Source: Antedon mediterranea
Taxonomy: Eukaryota > Animalia > Echinodermata
DNA: 64,000 nt
Direction of reading: 5' to 3'
Assembly (NCBI RefSeq): GCF_964355755.1
Contig: NC_092677.1
Location: 1,138,101-1,202,100 of the forward strand
In this document: in pieces, positions 12,953 to 25,932 of the stretch
Position numbering within the stretch: position 1 is the first letter of the stretch
How the letters are laid out: each line of letters starts with the position of its first letter
The notes under the pieces: generated by a model
Told to the model about the DNA's origin: nothing
Databases searched by the model: none
What the model saw: only the letters and a program-made list of their open reading frames with translations
Translations under genes and position numbers: made by a program

Positions 12953-15655
12953 GGGCCTGTTTCTGCTGCAACTGCTCAAAATACGGTATAAAAATACGGT
13001 ATAAAATACGGTATTTTTTATACCGTATTTTTTAGTACCCCGTTTCTGCTAACAATACTTCTTGGGTGGTCGTGTTAAATTTCATCTTTTTTACCCAAAT
13101 TGCCATTCATTTATTTGATCGATAATTAAAAGTCGAAATAAAGGAAGTTTTACGTCTCACTTTCAACAGCCTAGCCCTAGTGAGAGCACAGAAAACATCG
13201 TAATGGGGACAATTAATTCGTTCCCTCCCCGAGTTATTGTATTTTGCAATGTTGTACTGCTTTCGCAGGCTCTTCAGCTTTGAGTTTACTTGCTTTGGAG
13301 ATAAGTTTATTCCATACTCCTGCTTTATATACGGTGGCCCACAACTGTCACGCACACTATAACACAGAATCACACAATTAAAGAAGGAATTACACAATTA
13401 AAGAAGGAATCACACAATTAAAGAAGAAATCGCACAATTAAAAAAGAAATCGCATATAAACAAAAGAAAGCATGAAAATACAAAACGAAATGCACAAATA
13501 AAGAAGAAACGCACAATTAAAGAAGAGCTAAGCACAATTAAAGAAGTCCGCAACAAATTCGAAAGCTCCTCGCACAATTAAAGACTGCAACAAATTTGAA
13601 AGCCCCTCGCACAATTAAAAAAGTCCGCAACAAATTCGAAAGCTCCTCACACAATTAAAGAAGTCCGCAACAAATTCGAAAGTACCTCACACACAATTAA
13701 AGTACAGTAGTCCGTATGGAACGCCATTGCTGCCTCCGGCAGGAAACATTAATTCTATTCGGCTCTTTTACCATTACATTCGGCTCTTTTAGCATTCGGC
13801 GCATTTCTATTCGGCCCATTTACCATTACGTTCGGCTCTTTCAGCATTTCGGCTCTTTTTTATTCTGCCCATTTACCATTACGTTCGGCTCTTTCAGCAT
13901 TCGGCTCTTTTTAATTCGGCCCTTTTTTATTCGGCTCTTTCTGCATTACGTTCGGCTCTTTTTGATTTGGCCCTTTTTTATGCGGCGCAATTAAATTCTA
14001 ACCTTTTACATGTGGTCAAATGGAAGAAAATCAACGGCTGGAAATGAGTCTATGAAAAGTTTACAAAACATATAGATGCAGCATGTAGAGTGTTTGGTTG
14101 GTTGAATTAAATGAATTTGAAGGCTATTTCAATATAACTAAATCATTTTATTGACATGATTAATGTGTTAGTTAGAGAACTTGCAGCGCAATTGTCCCAC
14201 CTTATTGACCATTTTGAGAGAGAAAAGGTTTGATTTATGGCCTAGGCTAGCTAGGCCTCGCCTAGTGTCAGCCAAACATTTAATAATAATAATTTACCCT
14301 TTCTCTCTCAAAATTTGTTAAAAGATGAATTAATTTAGGTTATTCAACACATCTTTAATCGGTTGGCTAGTCATGGTTGGCGCCATGATGATGAAATGTT
14401 TGTAAACTTTTCATAGACTCATTTCCAGTCGTTGATTTTCTTCCATTTGACCCCATGTCAAAGGTTAGATTTTAATTGCGCCATATAAAAAATGCCGATT
14501 TAAAAAGAGCCCAACGTAATGCAGAAAGAGCCGAATCAAAAAGGGCCGAATCAAAAAGAGCCGAACGTAATGTTAAATGGGCCGAATAAAAAAGAGCCGA
14601 ATGCTGAAAGAGCCGAACGTAATGGTAAATTGGCCGAATAAAAAAGAGCCGAAAGCTGAAAGAGCCGAACGTAATGGTAAAAAATGGGCCAAATAGAAAT
14701 GAGCTGAATGCTGAAAGAGCCGTACGTAATGGTAAAAAGGCCGAATAGAAATGCGCCGAATGGTAAAAGAGCCGAACGTAATGGTAAAAGAGCCGAATAG
14801 AATTAAAGTTTGCTGCTGCCGGAGGCAGCGATGGCGTTCCATATGGACTACTGTACTCTAATTGTGCGAGGTACTTTCGAATTTGTTGCGGACTTCTTTA
14901 ATTGTGCGAGGAACTTTCGAATTTGTTGCGGACTTCTTTAATTGTGCGAGGAGCTTTTGATTTTGTTGCGAACTTCTTTAATTGTGCGAGGAGCTTTCGA
15001 ATTTGTGCGGACTTCTTTAATTGTGCTTAGCTCTTCTTTATTTGCGCATTTCTTTTTATATTTTCATGCTTTCTTTTGTTTATATGCGATTCCTTCTTTA
15101 ATTGTGTGATTTCTTCTTTAATTGTGTGATTCCTTCTTTAGGCCTAATTGTGTGATTTCTTCTTTAATTGTGTGATTCCTTCTTTAATTGTGTGAATATG
15201 ATTTATATAGTGTGCGTGACAGTTGTGGGCCACCGTATTTATAAATGTGGTTGTCCCTTTTATTACCTTTTAGTTGGTCAGACATTTTAGCTTCCCCACA
15301 CACATTTATTTAGTAAAACTGTGACGTATTCGCTCCACATTTTCGCCGAATATATCTATACATGTGTGTAAAGCAGCTAACAGCGACAGAAAATAAAAAC
15401 ACGAATGGTGACCTTTTGTCATGTAAAAAAAAAATATGGTATTTTTTATTGGCAGCAGAAACGGGTACAAAAAATACGGTATAAATTTGTAAATACCGTA
15501 TTTTATCCACAAATTTTGTGGGGAAAATACGGTATACAAAATACGGTATATTTTTTATGAGCGCAGTTTCTGCTGCCAAAAATATACCGTATATATACGG
15601 TATTCAAAAAATACCGTATAATATACGGTATTTAGTTGGCAGCAGAAACAGGGCC
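12953..15655 (-). mobile_element. PIF/Harbinger-like non-autonomous element with a Myb/SANT (trihelix) ORF remnant, nested in Helitron unit 2
   Basis: TIRs GGGCCTGTTTCTGCTGCAACT / AGTTGGCAGCAGAAACAGGGCC, 3-bp TSD ACA, and subterminal AATACGGTAT repeats. The minus-strand remnant ..GNKRDNHIYKY|IKQEYGINLSPKQVNSKLKSLRKQY..SGRERINCPHYD is split by the foldback insertion. Confidence 0.7.
13332..15235. mobile_element. Foldback/MITE-like element with ~750-bp inverted arms containing minisatellites, TA TSD
   Basis: TA|CGGTGGCCCACAACTGTCACGCACACTAT ... ATAGTGTGCGTGACAGTTGTGGGCCACCG|TA. The arms carry CACAATTAAAGAAG and ATTCGGCTCTTT repeat tracts in mirror order. It interrupts the Harbinger Myb ORF. 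Confidence 0.8.
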
Positions 15656-18600
15656 ACAATGATTTATGTAGTCAACCAAAATTAGCACCCTGGGAATTAC
15701 TTCCGAAAGAGAAACTTACCACAAAATGAGTCCAAATTGTTTATTCATTTAAAGAAACCCAATTAGGGTTGAGGGATGGGAAAGAGGATAGGTACAAAGA
15801 GGAACAATTTTTAAATATATTCTTTATCCACGTCAGTAACGAAATATTGTTTTCATTTTTTATAGGCCTATAAATAATATACCACTAACGGTGACTAAAT
15901 ATAGTAAAACATTTGCGATTTAATACTTTGTTAAAACTGTCACTGTCATAGTCGATTGAAATAGTAAAGTACATGTAACGATACACCACTACGACGTTTA
16001 TATTTTTTGTAATTATTAATTAATGCAAACGTTGAGAAGCAACTGTCAGTAATAAAGTTTATTTGTATATTACGTGTTTATATATCTAACAGTAAAGCCT
16101 ACCCATAATCACAGTAATAAAGTTTATTTGTATATATTTTTTTACATCTAACAGTATTCACAGTAAGAAATGTTTGTAGGCCTATATATTTTTTTACATC
16201 TAACAGTATTCACAGTAAGAAATGTTCGATTCAAATGACGACCAAAAATGGTTAATAGGTATTTGCAGTACTGTATTGTCAAAGTATTGCAAGTTTATTC
16301 TCCAAGGGCTCATAAATTTACCTACTTGTGTTAAACCAAACTGGCAGACTGAGAGATTGGAATGTTCCATTCATCGCAAATCAATACATTTGAAAAACGT
16401 AAATTAAATCTATCAAAATAGTATTTTTTAAAGAAAATCGGCCTGTCTTCAACATTATGATGCTGTACTCGGGCAGTTCAACCGGTTTTCAGCTATTAAA
16501 AACAATTATCGTAGGAGGAGATAGGAAAATGCGAAGCGTCCTAGTATTATTGTGTGCGGGTATTTTTCAAGTTGGACATCCATTAGACAGTGTATACCAC
16601 GATCGGAAAACACCCCTATTTGGGGCAAATCGTTGAACCTAAATTCGTTTTAATCGTCAATAACTAATTATCTAACTCAATTTAATTAGTAAACAGGGTT
16701 ACATCAGGTGGTTAAAATCAGTACCGAAAGTACGAACCAACTTTATATACCATCGAGTAAAAATTCTAGAAATAAACCGCGATTTATCGAATTTTGCCCT
16801 TACGTAAATTTATATATAGACTAGATGGCACGCTCGCTTCGCTCGCGTACCATCAAGGGGTGCTCACAGATGGTTCTCGAATACAGTAGAATCCACGGAC
16901 GGGGACTTTTTTGGGACACTAAACAAAAACGGAAGTGTCCCCCTAATTGGGGTATTCAGAAATAGAGACAACAAAACCAATACTGGATTCCATAAAGGAC
17001 AATTAATTTATGTGGATTAAAGAAATTAGGGAGAAATGGAAATGTATGTACGGGAATTGGGCGACACGTGGTGGTGGTGATGGAACCGCAGTAATAAAGT
17101 TGATTGTATTTATATATTATAAGAACCAAACTAAATAAATAGACCTAGACATTCTGCGAAATGGAAATCGGAAATGCAAGCTCCTATTCAGTGAAAAATT
17201 TAACTGTAGTCTACCTAAATATTTAGGGCAAATCATCGGTTGTGGTGTTGAAATTCCTGTAAACATTTGTGTGAACCAAACTGGGTCGAATTTCTGTCAT
17301 GAGTACTGATTTGTTGGCCTGTGATTTATGACGCCTAAGGGATCTATCTAGACTTATTTTTTAGAATAATGTACAATTGTCTTGTGTCGTATAATAAATA
17401 AGTACTGTAATAGTTACTGAAGTTACTATTACAATCTCGTCAATGAAAACACGAAAATGTATATGCACTTACTTATGAAAACGTATACAGTATTATACTC
17501 AGTTATTGAAAAAGTAGGTTTAAAAAAGTTTCGTTTGTCTGTAAAATGATGTAATCAAGCTGTTTACATGAGTCTTAATTTATAAGCACATCAATAATAA
17601 AATAGTTTATCTATCCTGTAATTGGCGAGATTATGGTCGCTGTTGAATGAAATAAAGCCAATCGGTATCATATTTGTACAGAAACGTTTTCGCGGCCGAA
17701 GGGTGTAACCTAAATTCGTTGTATTATCGTCAAGAACTAACTGTAACTAAACTTACATAGAAAGTAGGGTATCATAAATTTGGCCTTAGCACTCGGGGGA
17801 GTGGCTAAGATGAAGTCCGTGGGACTACTAAATATAAATTGTAATGAACCTCGAGGGACATAAATAGGAATATTTCATGTTTCATTATCAATGTATAATA
17901 AATGGAAACTGTTTACCGATTCAAATAATAGAAATTGGTTTTTAACATTTTCCGAACCTATTGCAAGTTTATTCTCAAAGGGCCCATATATTTACCTACC
18001 GTATGTGTTAAACCAAGGGCTCATACATTTACCTACAGTACTTGTGTTAAACCAAACTCTGGCAGACTGAGAGATTGGGATGTTCCATTCATTGCAAATC
18101 AATACATTTGTATAATCGTATATTAAATCTATCAAAATAGTATTTTTTAAAGAAAATCGGCCTGTCTTCAACATTATGATGGTGTACTCTAGCAATCTAT
18201 CAAAATAGTATTTTTTTTAAAGAAAATCGGCCTGTCTTCAACATTATGATGGTGTACTCTAGCTGTTCAACCGGTTTTCAGCTATTAAAAACAATTAGCG
18301 TAGGAGGAGATAGGAAAATGCGAAGCCTCCTCGCTATGTAACATTAGGGTTGAGGGATGGGAAAGCGGATAGGTACAAAGAGGAACAATTTTTAAATATA
18401 TTCTTTATCCACTGAGTAACGAAATATTTTGTTCATGTTTTATAGGCCTATAAATAATATACCTCTAAATACAGTAGGCCTAAAACATTTGCGATTTAAT
18501 ACTTTGTTAAAACTGTCACTGTCATAATCGATTGAAATATTAAAGTACATGTCACGATACACCACTACGACGTTTATATTTTTGGTAATTATTAATTAAT

Positions 18601-21000
18601 ACAAACGTTGAGAAGGAACTGTCAGTATAAAATTTATTTGTATATCTAACAGTAGAGCCTATCCACAGTCTCAGTAATAAAGTTTATTTGTATATATTTT
18701 TATATTACATCTAACAGTACGAACATTCACAGTAAGAAATGTTCGATTCAACTGAAAAATAGTTAATAGGTATTTACAGTATTGTCAAAGTATTGCAAGT
18801 TTATTCTCAAAGGGCTCATAAATTTACCTACAGTACTTGTGTTAAACCAAACTCTGGCAGACTGAGAGATTGGGATGTTCCATTCATCGCAAATCAATAC
18901 ATTTGTATAATCGTATATTAAATCTATCAAAATAGTATTTTTTAAAGAAAATCGGCCTGTCTTCAACATTATGATGGTGTACTCTAGCTGTTCAACCGGT
19001 TTTCAGCTATTAAAAACCATTATCGTAGGAGGAGATAGAAAAATGCGAAGCCTCCTCGCATTTTTTTGGCGGGTATTTTTCAAGATGGACATCCATTAGA
19101 CAGTGTATACCACGATCGGAAAACACCCCTATTTGGGGCAAATCGTTGAACCTAAATTCGTTTTAATCGTCAATAACTAATTATTTAACTCAATTTAATT
19201 AGTAAACAGGGTTACATCAGGCGGTTAAAATCAGTACCGAAAGTACGAACCAACTTTACATACCATCGAGTGAAAATTCTAGAAGTAAGGCGCGATTTAC
19301 CGAATTTTGCCCTTACGTAAATTTATATATAGACTAGATGGTACGCTCGCTTCGCTCGCGTACCATCTAGGTCGTGCCCACAGATGGTTCTCGAATACAC
19401 AGTAATTTCAGCGTAACAAAACTGGCGATTTCAAATGTACGTACCGCAGGACTATATACATTGTCGTTTACAGAAACGAATAAATAGACACGATGATTTA
19501 TGTAGTCAACTAAAATTAGCAACCTGGGAATTACTTCCGAAGGAGAAACTTATCACAAAATGAGTCCAAGTTTTTGATTTGGACTCATTTAAAGAAACCC
19601 AATTTGTGTTTTGTATGTAACATTAGGGTTGAGGGATGGGAAAGCGAGGTACAAAGAGGAACAATTTTTAAATATATTCTTTATCCACTCAGTAACGAAA
19701 TATTTTTTTCATGTTTTATAGGCCTATAAATAATATACCTCTAAATACAGTAAAACATTTGCGATTTAATACTTTTTTTATTTTATTTATTTATTTATTT
19801 CTTTTAAATATTCATTGTACACTAATTTTCCCCGTGTATGGCAAGAGATTCCTAATTATATTAGAGAACATTCTTTATTTAGTTAGTTAAAACTGTCACT
19901 GTCATAATCGATTGAAATATTAAAGTACCATGTCACGATACACCACTACGACGTTTATATTTGGTAATTATTAATTAATACAAACGTTGAGAAAGAACTG
20001 TCAGTATAAAGTTTATTTGTATATAATAATGTGTTTATATATCTAACAGTAGAGCCTATCCACAATATCGCAAGTTTATTCTCAAAGGGCCCATATATTT
20101 ACCTACCGTATGTGTTAAACCAAGGGCTCATAAATTTACCTACAGTACTTGTGTTAAACCAAACTCTGGCAGACTGAGAGATTGGGATGTTTCATTCATC
20201 GCAAATCAATAGATTTGTATAATCGTATATTAAATCTATCAAAATAGTATTTTTTAAAGAAAATCGGCCTGTCTTCAACATTATGATGGTGTACTCTAGC
20301 TGTTCAACCGGTTTTCAGCTATTAAAAACAATTATCGTAGGAGGAGATAGGAAAATGCGAAGCCTCCTCGCATTTTTGTGGCGGGTATTTTTCAAGATGG
20401 ACCATCCATTAGACAGTGTATACCACGGTCGGAAAACACCCCTATTTGGGGCAAATCATTGAACCTAAATTCGTTTTAATCGTCAATAACTAATTATCTA
20501 ACTTAATTTAATTAGTAAATAGGGTTACATCAGGTGGTTAAAATCAGTACCGAAAGTACGAACCAACTTTATATACCATCGAGTAAAAATTATAGAAGTA
20601 AGGCGCGATTTACCGAATTTTGCCCTTACGTAAATTTATATATAGATTACCGTACAGATATTTTTTAGTTTTAGGTACACATGCACAAGCAACGTCTGTG
20701 ACAGTGGGTGGTGATACAGTTAAAGTTGGTGAGGATGCGACGATGACGTGTAATTGTACACTTCAAGCGGGAGATGTTTTGAATCAACTTGTTTGGTTCA
20801 GAGCAGAGGATGATGGTACTTCAGACTTAGGAAACCCTCTGGTATCTTTAGTTGAAACAAGCAATGGTCGTTATAGCTTATCTAATGACAAGGATCTTAT
20901 GATAAGTGTCGTTGAAGTAAATGATGCAGGAAATTATCTGTGTAGAATTGTAACACAAACTGTTCAAATTGCTGACGACTATGATCAACTTATAGTCCAA

Positions 21001-21084
21001 TGTGAGTATAGGCTAATTCATTGTGAGTATAGGCTAATTCATTGTGAGTATAGGCTAATTCATTGTGAGTATAGGCTAATTCAT
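21001..21084 (+). repeat. 4 x 21-bp tandem repeat spanning the V-exon splice donor of copy D
   Basis: (TGTGAGTATAGGCTAATTCAT)x4. Paralog B has a single copy at 2882. Confidence 0.95.
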
Positions 21085-22347
21085 TGTCAGTGAAGCTATA
21101 ATCGGTATAGTACTCTTTTTAGCAGCTTTTGTTCGTTTGTTAATAAGCAATCACTAATTAACAACTACATTTCCTAATTTATCTTTTTTGAAATTTGTTT
21201 TGTTGATTTTACAGTAAATGATCATGTATTAGTTAGTTTTTACTTTTATGGCATAATTATTTGATAACAATCAACGTTTTTTACATATTTGTTTTCCTCA
21301 TAATATTTTTTTCAATATTTTAGATTTATTAGTTTTCTTTTCATGTCGAAAACTGTTCAGGTGGTCAATGCTTAAAGTAATTTTTACTTATTTTGATCTC
21401 CTTTCACACATCTTTTTTTCTTTTCTTATAGTTCATATATCTGTTCATTTAGTTCAATGTGTGGAAAATAAATAAATGAAACAAATAAACAAACAGTTAT
21501 ACACATAACTTGTTAGACAATTCATTTTTTTCTAACAATCACTTTTAAACACTAGTTACTAATGTAAACATGATAAAACTCCTGTGTTGTGCTTGTATAG
21601 TAAGATCATTCTTTTGTTTTTTTACATGTTTCAGAACCTTTTTTTAAGCCAGAAGAAGGATTATACATCATGTTAAATGGCACAGCAACATCTATATGTA
21701 CTTCACTTGATGGTATTCCAACACCGATTACCATAACATGTATCAAAGATGGCAATGAACTTGATGTTTCTGATACAGACAAGTATCCAACTTTTGATAC
21801 AAAATAAACGATTAATGACGTTGTTGAAGAAGATGAAGGAGTTTATCAGTGTAGAGCAGAGAATGCTGCGTACAGTGGAACAGAGGTTAAACTTAGTAAT
21901 ACTGCCACACTGTCAATAGGTTGGTTGGAATAAACATTTTGATAAATAATGTATTTTATTGGCATCATATTATATAAGTAGTTTCTACAAGTCATAATTA
22001 TTAATGGAATATTCATATTATAGTATATTATGTCATGTGGTAACAAAAATAAAGCACAGCTACAGCGAAATCTGAAAGTTTCAGTTTATTTGAGTTAAGA
22101 AAGTAATTTTTATAATATGAACGCATGGCGTGTTTTACTAAATATTGCTTGTTTGTTTTATATTTCTTTAGCATTGACAACAACTTCTTTTATATCCGGT
22201 AAGTCAACTACACGGTTTTTATTTGCTTGCATTTTTATTTATTGTAAATTTCCGGGTTTTTGTTTTGCATTGCCAAAAGCAAATAAAGGATAGAAATTGA
22301 ACATAATGATGACCTTTTTATAATATATTTGTCAACACTACATTATT

Positions 22348-25300
22348 ATTATTATTATTATTATTACTTGTATAGCGCACATTTATACAACATTTAATTA
22401 TAATCAGCGGCGCTTCACATCAATTAGTATCGTAACATTGTTTGAAATATAGTGCTTTTAAATGTTTTTTTTAAACTGATTATAGTCGTCTAAGTGTTTA
22501 ATGTGACTTGGTAATCTGTTCCAAATTTTAGGTCCTGCTACGGCGAACGAACGGTCAGCAAATGTCTTTCGTTTAGTTCGTGGGATTGTCAGGTTATAAT
22601 TGCTGGTGCTTGAACGAGTACTGCGAGAAACATTCCGCACAGTAAGAATATCTCTTAGGTAACTTGGAGCGGAACCTTTAAGCGAACGCCATACAAGACA
22701 CGCTATTTTGAATTGACATCTATGAGACATCGGAAGCCGGTGCAAGGATCGCATGGCGTTAGTTGCACTGTCATACCGACCTTTCCTGACAATTATTTTC
22801 GCAGCTTGGTGCAGTAACCTCTTCATTGGAGCAAGGGTAATAGCAGGTAGACCATAATACAATGCATTGGCGTAATCAATATGTGACAGCACGAGCGATT
22901 GAACTAGTTGTTGGCAAAGGTCCTTGGAGAGAAATTTGCGGATTTGACGAATATAGTATAAATTAACAGCTATCGTTCTGCATTTATCACGTATGTGGTT
23001 CTCGAAAGATAGCTGTTCGTCGATATTAACACCAAAGTATTTTACAGATGAACCACGTGGTATTCTGTCCTGACATACGATGATATGATCTTTCTCGTAT
23101 TTCAGGAGTTGAGCTCTGCTTCCCAATGGTATGAACTCTGTTTTTTCACTGTTCATATTTAGTCTGTTGGACTTCATCCAGTCGTTGATGGATATGAGGC
23201 ACTCTTGTAATTTGGTGATTGTATTTTCCATACTAGAACTAGAATTTGGATTAAATGAATCATACACTGAGTGATCATAGGCATATCCCATCACAGAAAT
23301 ATCAAACTTACTGATATGATCTTGTAAAGTGCTGGCATATATGGTGTATAGAACTGGACCGCATATACTACCCTGAGGTACAGAGAAGGACAAATTGGCT
23401 GTCTCCAAGTTAGTTTCGCCGATTGTTACGTTGGCAAATCGAGGACGAAAGTAAGTATCAAACCAGTTCAATGCCGCATTGGCCACTCCGAATTTGTTCT
23501 GCAAAACGTCGAGGAGTACTTTGTGGTTCACTGTGTCGAAGGCGGCTGACAAGTCTATACATACCAGCGCAGACACCCTTTGCAGCTCCATATTCCAGAG
23601 TTCATTGGTTAACTTAACAAAAGCCGTCTCTGTGCTAAAACCTTTCCGATAGGCAGATTGGTACGCCGGTAATAAGGTATTGTTCTCAACATAAGCTATG
23701 AATTGGTTCAAGCATGCGCGTTCAACCAGCTTGGATACGAAGGACAGATTGCTTACTGGCCTATAATTCCTGAGGATACATTCAACACCCTTCTTTTTTA
23801 TAAGCGGTTTTATAACTGATATTTTCCATCTATGAGCTAATACGCCGTTACACAACGAGTTGTTGATCATCATTGTAATAAGTGGTATAAGTGTATCCAG
23901 ATGTTGTTTCACCAGTGTCGACGGTAGGGGGTCAGTGGAGCAGGTTGTTGGTTTTGCGCATATGATCAACTTCCTAACATCATCTTCGCTAACTTCCTAA
24001 AATGCAATAAATTCATTTGCCATTAGCCGTTCTTGTTCATACAAAGGGAAGTGTTCCAATTCCTCTCGTAGTTTCTCTATTTTGCCCATAAAGAAAGATA
24101 TGAAGTCGTCTGCTAACTGTTTATCAGTTTCATGTGGTGGAAGTGGGTTATTTTTACGTCTACCAATGAGCTCAAACACGATCTTGTAAAGCTTTTTTGA
24201 GTTGTTGCCAGCTTCTTTGATAGCACCATTAATGAATTTGTACTTGGCTAAACGAAGATAACGTTTGTATGAATTGCGTAGAGCATTGTAAGCTGACCTA
24301 TTTTCGTCGGTGGCAGACTTCCGTAAGGTCTTCTCAGCACGACGAAGTTGCTTCTTCAACACCTAAGCCTCGTCATCAAACCAAGGTAACGATCTTCTGA
24401 CAGTGGTAGTTTTCTCAACAATAGTAGCATGCTTATCCAGAGCAGCAAGTAGTTGAGTGTTGTAGTGATTTGCCAAATCGTCGATATCATCGATATTCGT
24501 TGATGATATAACTACTTGAGACAAAGCTTCATCAAAGTTCGTGTGATCTATTTTATTTATCTTTCGAAACTTTTTCTTTTGACGGTAACATGTCGGTTTT
24601 GGTCTCGATAAAATAGTCTCTACAAAACAATGGTCACTGATGTAATAATTTGAAGCGGGCTCGGTAACACAAAGAGTGTCCTTACCCCTCGTTATTAGCA
24701 AATCAAGAGTATTTCCCGAACGATGTGTTGGTAAAGACACGTGTTGATCAAGATTTAAACACTCAAGTACATCGTCGAATTTTATTTTATCCGGGTCATT
24801 GCTGCTGTTCATATGAATGTTGAAGTCACCCGAAAATATTACAGAACTATGTAACGATAGAATATCCGAAGCATATTCTGCGAATTCATCATAGAAGGTG
24901 GCAGTACTAATGGGTCTGACGGTGGAGTAAGGCGGGCGATAGATGACAACGAATGTGGTGTGTAGGGTTGTGTCCACGAAATTCCATTCGGAAAATTCGA
25001 AAGACGATTTTGCGCCTGAATTAAGTTGATTGACATTTAGACAATCCTTGAATATAATTCCTGTTCCTCCTCCGCGTCTGTCTGTGCGATGTTTATCAAG
25101 GAATGTATAGCCACATGTGTTGAGGTCTGCCCTGTGTGCATCATCATTCTCCAATAACCACGTCTCAGTGACCGTACAGATATCGTAATCGTTTATTGTG
25201 ATGTGATGTATAAATTCACCAATCTTGTTGCGGATGGACTGCGTATTCACTGTAGCGAAAGACAGATGTGGATCTCGGGTGTAATCCGTAATAGAACGCG

Positions 25301-25932
25301 AAAGATACCTTAAATGTTCAAAGTGAATACCGGTATTTGTGTAGTCCGAATTGATCATTTGAATTCGGCTTGTTTGTTTGAACGGTCTATTTCCAATAAT
25401 AACGGGGCATGAGTTTTGAAGATTATATGTGTAAACATCACAACTGGGTGGCCTCCTACTGTTCTTCCCTCCTCGTTTTCCTTGGCGACGGCGAAACCAT
25501 TTCTTCTTTAATAGAACTGAATTGTTGAATGCTATAATCTTGTTTATAATAATATGCGAGTATTGATTTTGGTTTGTAGTTTGATAACGTAGCGATAGTA
25601 GTTCAGCTTTAGAATAGCTAAGCTTGTTTTCGCGAACAATGGAACGATACACATGCGCCATATTCAAATGACCGTAACCGCTGTGTTGTTGGTTAGCTCG
25701 TTCCTGTGGTGCAGCTAAAACACTGGCCTTACTTAGGCCTACAAAAATTATCACTTGAAAAACCACGATATTAAACAAACTGCATAACATAACGGATCTC
25801 TGTCACTTCGAATGTTGTATTCTTGTAAATTAGTTAAACAGATCTTAGAAATGAAAATTATCGGTAAAAAGTCGAAAAGTATCAGAGCTCCGAAAGAAAG
25901 TCATGCTACACATTAGCGACCCTTGACCTTTG
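22348..25932 (-). mobile_element. L2/CR1-group LINE, near full length, inactivated
   Basis: One reading frame 25790->22458 broken by two in-frame stops (24363, 23997). APE endonuclease (VTETW, GDFNIH, SDH) and RT (NYRPVSNL, DLSAAFD, VPQGS, YAYD in place of YADD). 3' end GCGCTATACAAGT(AAT)n. TSD ACATTATT at 22340-22347 and 25933-25940. Confidence 0.9.

Larger units (their letters stand above)
8851..20646 (-). mobile_element. Head-to-tail array of four non-autonomous Helitron copies (8851-12792, 12793-16820, 16821-19333, 19334-20646)
   Basis: On the minus strand each unit starts TCTATATATAAATTTACG and ends CCATCTAG, with a terminal hairpin (+ strand CTAGATGGTACGC-11 nt-GCGTACCATCTAG). Inserted between A and T with no TSD; the empty site is visible in paralog B (ataataa|ttactgtacag, ~2527). 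Junctions read tatataga|ctagatgg. Confidence 0.85.

Noticed and set aside
13370-15195. Regularly spaced short repeats resembling a CRISPR array, and ORFs 13716-13994 and 14573-14842
   Set aside because: These are degenerate minisatellites without unique spacers, mirrored within a foldback element in eukaryotic DNA. The ORFs are translations of the repeats.
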